A stretch of DNA of 64,000 bases, from positions 352,001-416,000 of the forward strand of contig CAWJGT010000034.1 of assembly GCA_963842525.1 (NCBI GenBank), read 5' to 3'. How positions within the stretch are numbered: position 1 is the stretch's first letter; every line of letters begins with the position of its first letter. This document shows, one piece after another, positions 50,505 through 58,920 of this stretch. The notes under the pieces were generated by a model. It saw nothing but the letters and a program-made list of their open reading frames with translations, searched no databases and was not told the DNA's origin. Source of the DNA: an uncultured Holophagales bacterium. Its GTDB lineage: Bacteria; Acidobacteriota; Thermoanaerobaculia; Multivoradales; UBA5704. The translations under genes and the position numbers were made by a program.

Positions 50505-50801
50505 TCACCGCTCCTCGAACGGCTCTTCCATCCCGACCGAGAACATGCCTTCCAGGTCGTAGCGGGAGAAGGCGCGGAACGCGATCAGGGTCTCGGTGCG
50601 CACGATCCCTTCGATCTTCAGCATGTGATTGGTGACGGCGTCGGCGATCTGCTCGTTGTCCTTGACGCGGGCTATGGCTACCAGGTCGTAGTGCCCGGCC
50701 ACGGAATAGACCTCGGTGATCCCAGGCAGCTCCACGAGCTTTTCCGCGACTTCGTTGACCCGGGCCTTCTCGACAATCAGGAGAATGACAGCGCTGACCA
50801 T
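50505..50801 (-). CDS. Lrp/AsnC ligand-binding-domain protein
   Basis: EVYSVAGHYDLVA..IEGIVRTETLIAF. Confidence 0.88.
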   Translation of the reverse strand: MVSAVILLIVEKARVNEVAEKLVELPGITEVYSVAGHYDLVAIARVKDNEQIADAVTNHMLKIEGIVRTETLIAFRAFSRYDLEGMFSVGMEEPFEER

Positions 50802-50861
50802 GACCCCTCCTCTCGGCTGCCGCTCACTCTATAACAGGGCAACTGTTAGGCTATCGCCGCC

Positions 50862-52091
50862 ATGGACGTCGCCAACCCGCTGCCCGACGCGCTGCCCGAT
50901 CCCATCTTCCGCCGGACGCTCGACGTGCTGATCGAGCTGACGGCCCTGTCTTCCCAAAGCAGCGATACCGAGGGCTTGGGCCGCATGGCCGCCCGCCTCG
51001 CCGAGGAGCTGTCGGCCCGCGGGCTCGCCGTCGAGGTCCGGGAGGACGAAGGAGAGGGCGGCCTCCGGCTTCCCGTCCTGGTCGCGCGGGGAGAGGACAC
51101 CGCGCGCGGCCACCTCCTCCTCATCGGCCACATGGACACGGTGCTGCCTGCGGCCGAGCCGCGGATCGAGGACGGTCGGCTGGTGGCAAGTGGGGCCATC
51201 GACATGAAGGGAGGGCTCGCGGCCTTCCTGGGGGCCCTCGACCTCGTGCGGCACCGGGGTGGAACGTTGCCTCCCGACCTCCTCCTGGCCGTGGTGCCGG
51301 ACGAGGAGGTGGGCGGCAGGATCTCCCGGGCCACGGTGCGGAGCTGGGGGGAGTCGGCGCGGGCCCTCTGGGTCCTGGAGCCCGGCGAGCCGGCGGCGGA
51401 CGGCGCCGAGACCCTGGTCGCCGGCCGGCGGGGCATGTTCGACTGGCACCTGCGAGTCACCGGGCGCGCGGCGCATTCGGGCCTTCACTACTGGCAGGGC
51501 CGCTCGGCCCTGATCGCTGCCGCGAGCTGGTGCCTCGAGGCCGAGTCGCTCTCGCAGCGGAAGAGCGGCCCCACCGTGAACGTCGGCCGGTTCGTTGCCG
51601 GTGATGCGAGCTTCGTCGAGGATCTGGCCGAGCAGCACGTCCTTCTCGGCACTGACCAGCAGCTCAACGTGGTGCCGGACCGCGCCATCGTCGAAGGCGA
51701 AGCCCGCTTCCTCCGTGCTCCCGAGGGGGAGGAGATCGCGCAGCGTCTCGAGACCCTGGCCCAGGAGGTGGCCGCCAGGACCGAGACAGAGCTGACCTTC
51801 ACGCGCCAGCCGACCATTCCTCCCGTCGATCCGGATGGACCCCACGCCGCCTGGAGCGAGCGGGCCGTGGCCCTGGCTGCTGCCCGCGGCTGGCGTCTGG
51901 AAGTGGAAAGGGAGCGCGGCGGGATCTCGTTCCCCAATTTCCTGCGGGACCCGGACCGCATCCCGGTCCTCGACGGCCTCGGCCCAGTCGGAGACGGGAT
52001 GCACACGCGCGGCGAGTATGTGGACCTGCGGTCGCTCGCGCGCCGCATTGTGCTGCTGGCGGATCTGCTGGCCGAGGCCCCGGCCACCTGA
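50862..52091 (+). CDS. M20/M25/M40 metallopeptidase (glutamate carboxypeptidase-like)
   Basis: LIGHMDT, GAIDMKGG, PDEEVG, GRAAHSG, DGLGPVGDGMH. Confidence 0.88.
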   Translation: MDVANPLPDALPDPIFRRTLDVLIELTALSSQSSDTEGLGRMAARLAEELSARGLAVEVREDEGEGGLRLPVLVARGEDTARGHLLLIGHMDTVLPAAEPRIEDGRLVASGAIDMKGGLAAFLGALDLVRHRGGTLPPDLLLAVVPDEEVGGRISRATVRSWGESARALWVLEPGEPAADGAETLVAGRRGMFDWHLRVTGRAAHSGLHYWQGRSALIAAASWCLEAESLSQRKSGPTVNVGRFVAGDASFVEDLAEQHVLLGTDQQLNVVPDRAIVEGEARFLRAPEGEEIAQRLETLAQEVAARTETELTFTRQPTIPPVDPDGPHAAWSERAVALAAARGWRLEVERERGGISFPNFLRDPDRIPVLDGLGPVGDGMHTRGEYVDLRSLARRIVLLADLLAEAPAT

Positions 52092-52366
52092 AACGTACCT
52101 ACTCTTCCGCCAGCTCTTTCCCGATCGTCCGTCGGAGCTGTGCGTAGGCCTCCAGGAGGCCCTCCCCGATGTGCGCAAGCTCGCTGAAGGCCTGGCGGAG
52201 CTTTCCGAGATCGTTCATCTGTCCCGACATGAGGCCGGTCAGAGCCTTGTCGAAAAATGAGATGTCCGTTTCTTGACACCCTGACGACCACGGTCAACTG
52301 AGCCAGGATGGTTTAGACTCCCCCTCCGACATCTGATTTGCCAAGATGGCACGGAGGGACCGAAGA

Positions 52367-53479
52367 ATGAGCGGAAGGCTGAACCGTCGTGAGCTCCTCC
52401 GCGCCGGCGCCGCAGCAGGTCTGGCGGCTGCGGCGCCGCGCGGGATGTTCGGGCAGGCCCCGGCTGTCGTTGCGCCCAAGGGCATCCAGCCCGTCGTCAT
52501 TGCCTCCGCCAACGGCAACGTGGCCAAAAACGGCGGCGAGGTCACCTGCGTCCAGAAGGCGTTCGCGATGATGACCCAGGGCTCTGACGTCCTGGACGCC
52601 GTCGTGGCAGGCGTCAACATCGTCGAGCTCGACCCCGAGGACGACAGCGTCGGCTACGGCGGCCTGCCGAACGCCGAGGGCGTCGTCCAGCTCGACTCGT
52701 CGTGCATGCACGGCCCGAAGAAGCGGGCCGGCGCCGTGGCTTCGCTCGAAGGCGTGCGCACCCCGTCGCTCGTCGCCAAGGCGGTCCTGGAGAACACGGA
52801 CCACCACCTGCTGGTCGGACACGGCGCCCAGAGCTTCGCACGCAGCCTGGGATTCAAGATCGAGGACGACCTCAACACCGACCATTCGCGCCGCCTCTGG
52901 CTCGAATGGAAGCGCCGGATCGATCCGGACCACTACCTCGACCCGCAGAAGCGCGTCCAGGCCGGCTACCGGGTCGCGCTCCAGATGGCCCACGAGGGAC
53001 TCATCAATCCCGAGCACCTGTGGGGCACGATCAACTGCAGCGGCATCAACGCCAAGGGCGAGATCTGCGGCGTGACGACCACCAGCGGCCTGGCCTGGAA
53101 GATCCCGGGCCGCGTGGGCGACTCCCCCATCCTCGGCGCCGGCCTGTACGTGGACGGCGCGGTCGGCGCCGCGGGCTCGACCGGACGCGGCGAGGCGAAT
53201 CTCTACAACCTCTCGTCGTTCCTGATCGTCGAAGCCCTGCGCAGTGGCGCGAAACCCAAGGACGCCGGCATGGCAGCGCTCCGCCGCGTCGTCGCCAACA
53301 CGGTCGAAAAGCGGCTGCTCAACGACCGCGGGCTACCGGCCTTCGGGCTGAATTTCTATGTCCTGAACGCGAAAGGCGAGCACGCGGGCGTCTCGATGTA
53401 CCCGTCGAAGTACGCGTTCTGCAACGAGGATGGTCCCCGAATCATCGAGACCGAGGCGCTCTACGAAGAAAGGCCGTAG
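52367..53479 (+). CDS. Tat-exported Ntn-hydrolase (glycosylasparaginase / isoaspartyl peptidase family)
   Basis: NRRELL Tat motif, DSVGYGGLPN, WGTINC (Thr nucleophile), TTTSGLAWKIPGRVGDSPI, STGRGE. Confidence 0.9.
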   Translation: MSGRLNRRELLRAGAAAGLAAAAPRGMFGQAPAVVAPKGIQPVVIASANGNVAKNGGEVTCVQKAFAMMTQGSDVLDAVVAGVNIVELDPEDDSVGYGGLPNAEGVVQLDSSCMHGPKKRAGAVASLEGVRTPSLVAKAVLENTDHHLLVGHGAQSFARSLGFKIEDDLNTDHSRRLWLEWKRRIDPDHYLDPQKRVQAGYRVALQMAHEGLINPEHLWGTINCSGINAKGEICGVTTTSGLAWKIPGRVGDSPILGAGLYVDGAVGAAGSTGRGEANLYNLSSFLIVEALRSGAKPKDAGMAALRRVVANTVEKRLLNDRGLPAFGLNFYVLNAKGEHAGVSMYPSKYAFCNEDGPRIIETEALYEERP

Positions 53480-53485
53480 CGGCTG

Positions 53486-53956
53486 TCAGACCTGCAGGAA
53501 GCGTTCGATCTGCCGCCGGTGGCGGAGGATGTGAACAATGGCGTGCTCCAGCATCTGTTCGAGGTCGTAGACCACGCCCCAGCGGCTGTGGATCCGGACC
53601 GCTTCCATCTCCGCGTCGCTCATCTGCCACCTGCCCTCCAGTGTCGCGACCGAGTGCTCCATCATCTCCGCCAGCCGGAGCAGGCTGTCCGTGCGGGAAA
53701 AAGGCGGCCGGTTTGTGGGCCGCTCTGCCGGGATAGAGAGCGCCTCGCGGATATACAAGGAATAGCCGTAGCCCGCGGCGATCACATGCTGGACGATCGT
53801 CTGGATCGAGCGGCAGGCCGCATCCTGCGTCTGCTCGTCGCGGACGAGCTCGTAATCGGCGTCGGACAGACCACCGACCAGGCGAGAAAACTCGGCGGCG
53901 GCCCGCTCGTATTCGTCCATCAAGGCCCCGACGGCGCCGGGGCGGTAGGTTTTCAT
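53486..53956 (-). CDS. DinB family protein
   Basis: SIQTIVQHVI..EQMLEHAIVHILRHRRQI. Confidence 0.85.
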   Translation of the reverse strand: MKTYRPGAVGALMDEYERAAAEFSRLVGGLSDADYELVRDEQTQDAACRSIQTIVQHVIAAGYGYSLYIREALSIPAERPTNRPPFSRTDSLLRLAEMMEHSVATLEGRWQMSDAEMEAVRIHSRWGVVYDLEQMLEHAIVHILRHRRQIERFLQV

Positions 53957-53957
53957 A

Positions 53958-54341
53958 TCAGTCTTGGATCAGATCGATCGTAACGATGTGATCGGTCGGA
54001 TCGATGTTCAGGGCGTACGTATAGCGGCCGGGCTCGAGGAGGGTTTCGCCCACGAAATCGATCGGCTGGAAGGTGAAGGTCTCACCGTTCGCCACCACGT
54101 CGATCTTCGCGTACCGGTACGCTTCTTTGACCGGTTTGTAGGCGCTCACCCCGCCCTTGGGAATGGCTCCATATTCGAACTTGTCCGAGGTGAAGGTCAC
54201 GTCGACTTTATCGAAATCCCGATCGCTCCGGTTGGCGATCCGGATCTCCAGGCCGTCGGATTTGCCGTTGGCGCTGGTGCAGGCACCAGCGGCGAATGCG
54301 AGCAGGAAGGCAATTGCGAAGAGGTGTAGTGTGACTTTCAT
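53958..54341 (-). CDS. Hypothetical lipoprotein
   Basis: Lipobox AGAC after a hydrophobic stretch; beta-rich domain. Confidence 0.75.
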   Translation of the reverse strand: MKVTLHLFAIAFLLAFAAGACTSANGKSDGLEIRIANRSDRDFDKVDVTFTSDKFEYGAIPKGGVSAYKPVKEAYRYAKIDVVANGETFTFQPIDFVGETLLEPGRYTYALNIDPTDHIVTIDLIQD

Positions 54342-54378
54342 GTGGTCAAACTCCTTGGAGCGCGGATCTATTCATCTC

Positions 54379-54642
54379 TCATGAGTCGGGCCACAGCTGC
54401 GCCTTGACCTCTTCCCACGTCTCCTCGTCTTCCGGGTGCCGGTCAATATCGACAAGACGTTCGTCCAGGATCTTCCTTTGCCATACAGGGTTTGTGACAA
54501 CGCCCTGGACGTCGGACGAGGCGGGGCCGTAGAAGTCGCGTTCGAACTCCTCCAGCGGCTCATCAAAATCGTCTGGAACTATAAGCTTTCCCTGATCGCT
54601 GCCGAACACGCGATCTTTCGGAGCACCGCTCATGGCTTGCAC
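54379..54642 (-). pseudogene. Chimeric relic of two antitoxin-like genes
   Basis: GSDQGKLIVPDDFDEPL (DUF2281/Phd-tail-like) joined to PVWQRKILDERL..TWEEVK (addiction-module-component-like). No toxin adjacent. Confidence 0.5.
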
Positions 54643-54712
54643 CTTAGCGGGAATGGGAAGCTAAATCAAGCTCTCGCCAACGTGCTTCGACTCCTCGTGT
54701 GTGTTTGAAAAT

Positions 54713-54915
54713 CAGCCCCGATAGGGGCGGCCGGAATTAGCCCGGGATTTCAATCCCGGGAAGCCAGCATCCCCTAGACCCGGAGCCCCGCCAGGGGCGA
54801 CAGGAAGCCGTCCGGCGAGGCCTCCTGCGCCCCTGACGGGGCTGGATCGTGGGTTTGGACTCGCGATCCCGGGCATGAATGCCCGGGCTAATTCAGGCCG
54901 CCCCTGGCGGGGCTG
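54713..54915. repeat. REP/BIME-like nested palindromic element
   Basis: Four AGCCCCGnnAGGGGCG-type hairpins (two per orientation) and tagcccgg(g)..cccggg hairpins, arranged as a large inverted repeat after cphA. Confidence 0.8.
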
Positions 54916-54932
54916 GTTTTCCAGACACCCAC

Positions 54933-57725
54933 TCAATCATCATGCTCGCCCGCGCTCTGTAGGACCGCGACCTCCGAGGCCGCGGCGGGCGCGGTGACGA
55001 TCGGCGGCAGCGACGTGGGGTCGGGAGCGTCGTCTCGCGTGAGGAAGATCGGGGCGACCGGGGCCATTCCGACGGGGGCCTCGGCGGGACGGCCGAAGCT
55101 CACGATCTGCTGCCAGCTCCGGTCCAGCTTGTCGCCGAAGATGACGAGGAGGTCGCCGGGCTGCGCCAGCTCCAGCGCTTGCTGGACGGCGTCGACCTCG
55201 GAGAGGACGTCGGAGGAGATGCGCTCCTCCGGGAAGCCGGCTTCGAGGAGGCCGCGGCGAAGGAGGGCCCCGATCTCTCCCGGCTTGCGCCCGCGGTGGT
55301 TGTCGTCCTCGCGCAGGAGGATGAGGTCGAACCCGGGCGCTGCCACGCGCGCCAGGTCGAGGATGTCCTCGTCCCGGCGGTCGCCTGGCGCGGAGAGGAC
55401 TCCCAGTCTGCGGCCGTGCACGGTCAGCTCGCGGATGGTCTTCGCCATGAAGGACATGCCGTGGGCGTTGTGGGCGTAGTCGAGCAGGACCCGGAAGGGA
55501 TGCTCGTTGTAGAAGTTCATCCGGCCCGGGGTCTGGAAGAAGTCGGTGGTGAAGGTGCGGAGCCCCTGGCGGATGTTGTCCAGGCTCATGCCCATGGCGA
55601 GCGAGATGGCGGTGGCGAACATCGCGTTCTGCACGTTGTGCAGGGCGTGCCCTTCTACAGTTGCCGGGATCTGCCGCGCCCAGAGGACCGGGATGTGCTC
55701 TTCGCCGTTGTAGAGGACGAGCATGCGGCCGTTCAGGCCTTCCTCCAGGACGACCGCCTTGCCGTGGTCGCGGATATGGCGGCGGACCCGCTCGTTGTTG
55801 CGGTCCATGGTCACGTAGATCGGCTTGCCCGGGCTGTGCTCGGCCATGGGCGCGACCCGCGGGTCGTCGGCGTTCAGGACGCACCATTCCTGCGCCACCT
55901 CGACGACCACGCGCTTGACCTCGGCCAGCTCGTCCAGATCCTTGATCCCGCCCATGCCGAGGTGGTCGGAGGCAACGTTCAACACCGCGCCGACCGTGCA
56001 CTTGCGCCAGCCCAGGCCGGCGCGCACGATGCCGCCGCGGGCGGTCTCCAGCACCGCGGCGTCGACGTTCGGGTCGCGCAGCACCAGATGGCTCGCCCAC
56101 GGGCCGGTCATGTCCCCCTTGGCGGTCAGCACGCCGTCGATGTAGACGCCGTCGCTGGTCGACATCCCGACGTGGCGGCCGGAGAGCTTGAGGATGTGGC
56201 CGACCATGCGCGTGGTGGTGGTCTTGCCGTTGGTGCCGGTGATGGCGGCGATGGGGATGCGGTAGGGGGTCCCCTTGGGGAACAGCATGTCGATCACCGG
56301 GCCGGCCGCGTCGCGCGGCTTGCCTTCGGTGGGCGCGACGTGCATGCGGAAGCCGGGAGCCGCATTGATTTCGACGATGGCGCCGCCCACGTCCTGCCAG
56401 CTCCGCGAGATGTCCAGCGAGAGGAAATCGACGCCGCCTACGTCGAGGCCCACGGCCTGCACGGCCCGCTCGGCCATGACCCGGTTGTCGTAGTGGATGA
56501 CGTCGGTCCGGTCGATCGCCGTGCCGCCCGTGGAAAGGTTGCCGGTCGAGCGGAGATAGAAGACCTGGCCCGCGGGGAGGACCGTGTCGAGCGTATGCCC
56601 GGCCTCCTCCACCAGGCGCTCGGCCTGGTGGTCGACCTCGAGGCGAGTGAGGACCTTCTCGTGCCCGACGCCGCGCCGGGGATCGCTGTTGACGATCTCG
56701 ACGAGCTCGCGGATCGTGTGGACGCCGTCGCCCACCACGTGGCCGGGGACCCGCTCGGCCACGGCCACGACCTTGCCGTTGACCACCAGGATGCGGTAGT
56801 CGTTCCCCTCCTGGAAGGTCTCGACGATCACGGTCGAGGAGCGGTCATAGGCCTCGTCGAAGGCGGTGCGCACCTGCTCGGGCGTCCGGAGGTTGATCGA
56901 CACGCCGCGGCCGTGGTTGCCGTCGAGCGGCTTGACCACCACCGGGTAGCCGATCTTCTCGGCGGCGGCGACCGCGTCGTCGGCCTCCCAGACCCGCTCC
57001 TGGCGCGGCACCGGAAGGCCCAGGTCGGCGAGGATCTGGTTGGTGAGCCGCTTGTCCGAGGCGATCTCGACGGCGATGTGGTGGGTGCCGCTGGTGACCG
57101 TGGCCTGGATGCGCCGCTGGTACTTGCCGTGTCCGAGCTGGACCAGGGAGCGGTCGTTCAAACGGATCCAGGGGATGTCGTGCTCCTCGGCGGCACGCAC
57201 GAGGGAGGCGGTGGACGGTCCAAAGGCACGGCGCTGGGCGAGGCGGACGAGCGAGGTCAGCTCGGCCGGGAAGTCGAAGGGCTCCGGATCGTGCGCCGCG
57301 CGCTCGGGCGGCAACAGATGCCGGATCAGCCGCAGGCCGAGCTCGGCGGCGCGCAGGCCGACCGACTCCTCCTCGAAGCTGTAGATCACGTGGTACTGCC
57401 CGCGAGGCAGGTCGTGGCTCCGCGTCTTGCCGTAAGTGACCGGCGTGCCGGCGAGGCATTGCAGCTCGATCGCCACGTGCTCCAGGACATGACCGAGCCA
57501 GGTGCCCTCGTCCTCGGTCATCCGCCGCACGAAGCCGCCCTCCTGGTCATACGAGCAGTGGTGCTCGGCGAGGGTCGGCGCCAGCTCCAGCAGACGGTCG
57601 GCGAAGCCGGGCAGGCGAAGGGTGGGATAGTCCTCCAGCTCGCCGAGGTCGACGCGCAGGCGGATGACCTTGCGCAGGGCGTAGAGATTGGGGCCGCGGT
57701 AGACGCGGGTATCAAGGATCTTCAC
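54933..57725 (-). CDS. cphA: Cyanophycin synthetase CphA1
   Basis: VYRGPN, EHHCS..GTWLGHVLEHVAIELQ, FGPSTASLV, KPLDGNHGRGV, NLSTGG, EINAAPGFRMH, ITGTNGKTTT, LETARGG, DYAHN, PGDRRD. Confidence 0.96.
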   Translation of the reverse strand: MKILDTRVYRGPNLYALRKVIRLRVDLGELEDYPTLRLPGFADRLLELAPTLAEHHCSYDQEGGFVRRMTEDEGTWLGHVLEHVAIELQCLAGTPVTYGKTRSHDLPRGQYHVIYSFEEESVGLRAAELGLRLIRHLLPPERAAHDPEPFDFPAELTSLVRLAQRRAFGPSTASLVRAAEEHDIPWIRLNDRSLVQLGHGKYQRRIQATVTSGTHHIAVEIASDKRLTNQILADLGLPVPRQERVWEADDAVAAAEKIGYPVVVKPLDGNHGRGVSINLRTPEQVRTAFDEAYDRSSTVIVETFQEGNDYRILVVNGKVVAVAERVPGHVVGDGVHTIRELVEIVNSDPRRGVGHEKVLTRLEVDHQAERLVEEAGHTLDTVLPAGQVFYLRSTGNLSTGGTAIDRTDVIHYDNRVMAERAVQAVGLDVGGVDFLSLDISRSWQDVGGAIVEINAAPGFRMHVAPTEGKPRDAAGPVIDMLFPKGTPYRIPIAAITGTNGKTTTTRMVGHILKLSGRHVGMSTSDGVYIDGVLTAKGDMTGPWASHLVLRDPNVDAAVLETARGGIVRAGLGWRKCTVGAVLNVASDHLGMGGIKDLDELAEVKRVVVEVAQEWCVLNADDPRVAPMAEHSPGKPIYVTMDRNNERVRRHIRDHGKAVVLEEGLNGRMLVLYNGEEHIPVLWARQIPATVEGHALHNVQNAMFATAISLAMGMSLDNIRQGLRTFTTDFFQTPGRMNFYNEHPFRVLLDYAHNAHGMSFMAKTIRELTVHGRRLGVLSAPGDRRDEDILDLARVAAPGFDLILLREDDNHRGRKPGEIGALLRRGLLEAGFPEERISSDVLSEVDAVQQALELAQPGDLLVIFGDKLDRSWQQIVSFGRPAEAPVGMAPVAPIFLTRDDAPDPTSLPPIVTAPAAASEVAVLQSAGEHDD

Positions 57726-58618
57726 GAGTAGCTCTCGACCGTGAGGTCATCGTAGGCCACGGCCCGCGTCTCCCTCGCAGAAGCGGTCTCGGCAGGCGGA
57801 ATGCCCATCCGGCGCTTCAGATCATAGCGGCATCCGGCGGTCAGGACGTCGAGCTTCAGGCCCAGCATCGCCAGGGGCTGGCCGCGATGGGTGGCGAAGG
57901 CGTCGGTGAAGCGCATCCCGCAGGCGTCGACCACGGTCACCGCCCCGGCGCCGAGGACTTGCAGCGTGCCGTCCGGATCGATGACCGCGGCGGTGTCCTC
58001 GTCGACCCCTACGCCGAGCGGCTCCGGGTTGTAGGAGAGCGCGGTGAGCAGCCGGCCGAGGCGGTCACGGCGCCGGAAGTGCTGGTCGATGACGAGGTCG
58101 GGAGCGAGGCCGAGCCCCTTCGCCATCTGGACGAGCCGGCGTCGGGGGGTGGCGCCGCTGTCGCCCATGGAGATCATGTGCTCGGAGAGGACGGCGGCGC
58201 CCGCGCTGGTGCCGGCCACGACCATGCCGGCCCGGTGGCGGCGCAGGATGGCCTCGCCGAGCCGCGTGCCGCCGAGGGCCGAGGAGATGCGGAGCTGGCT
58301 GCCGCCGGTCAGGAACAGGCCGGTCGCATACTCCAGAAGGTCGAACATCTCCTGGTCGGCGCCGAGGGCGTCCTCGCGGGTGGAGACGCGCAGCACCTCG
58401 GCCGAATCGGCGTCCAGGCGGTGGAACAGCTCGGCGTAGCGCTCGCCGGTGTCCGATAGCTCCGACGCGGTCGCCAGGATGACCACGCTGGCGTCGGGCC
58501 CGCCGCACGCCTCCACGAAGTGGCGCAGGATCAGGCGCTCGCGGACCTTGTCCTCGGCGCCTCCGATCGCCATCAGCAGCCCCGGCCGCGGGCCAACCGG
58601 CACGGCAATATCTTCCAT
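57722..58618 (-). CDS. cphB: Cyanophycinase (S51 serine peptidase)
   Basis: IGGAEDK, FLTGGSQLR, GTSAGA, IDQHFRRRDRLGRL, GVDEDT. Overlaps the cphA start by 4 nt. Confidence 0.95.
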   Translation of the reverse strand: MEDIAVPVGPRPGLLMAIGGAEDKVRERLILRHFVEACGGPDASVVILATASELSDTGERYAELFHRLDADSAEVLRVSTREDALGADQEMFDLLEYATGLFLTGGSQLRISSALGGTRLGEAILRRHRAGMVVAGTSAGAAVLSEHMISMGDSGATPRRRLVQMAKGLGLAPDLVIDQHFRRRDRLGRLLTALSYNPEPLGVGVDEDTAAVIDPDGTLQVLGAGAVTVVDACGMRFTDAFATHRGQPLAMLGLKLDVLTAGCRYDLKRRMGIPPAETASARETRAVAYDDLTVESYS

Positions 58619-58708
58619 GGATAGCAACCTCCCTCCGCCGGGCGCCGGTGCGCGCGACGCGGTGAAACAACCTGGTGCCGAAAAGGCGACGGAATGGTAA
58701 CACGGACA

Positions 58709-58862
58709 CCCTCACCCCCTAGCCCCCTCTCCCATCCGCACTCCCATCCTCCCGGGAGAGGGGGAACTCCCAACGCTCGCTTTTTCAAGGTCTTGGGTGG
58801 TGGCGCCCCCTCTCCCGGGCGGGTGTGAGTGCGGATGGGAGAGGGGGACGGGGGGTGAGGGT
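58709..58862. repeat. Inverted pair of CCCTCACCCC..CTCTCCC..GGGAGAGGG elements
   Basis: 58709-58765 and 58806-58862 are near reverse complements, each with an internal hairpin. Confidence 0.8.
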
Positions 58863-58920
58863 AGGCGGGCGGAGGCTCCAGCTACGATGACTTTGACGGG
58901 ACCGTGTGGGCTCCCGAAGC

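Noticed and set aside
52099-52290. Minus-strand helical-looking frame (DISFFDKALTGLMSGQ..KELAEE-stop)
   Set aside because: No convincing start or RBS and no recognisable family; at most a gene remnant.
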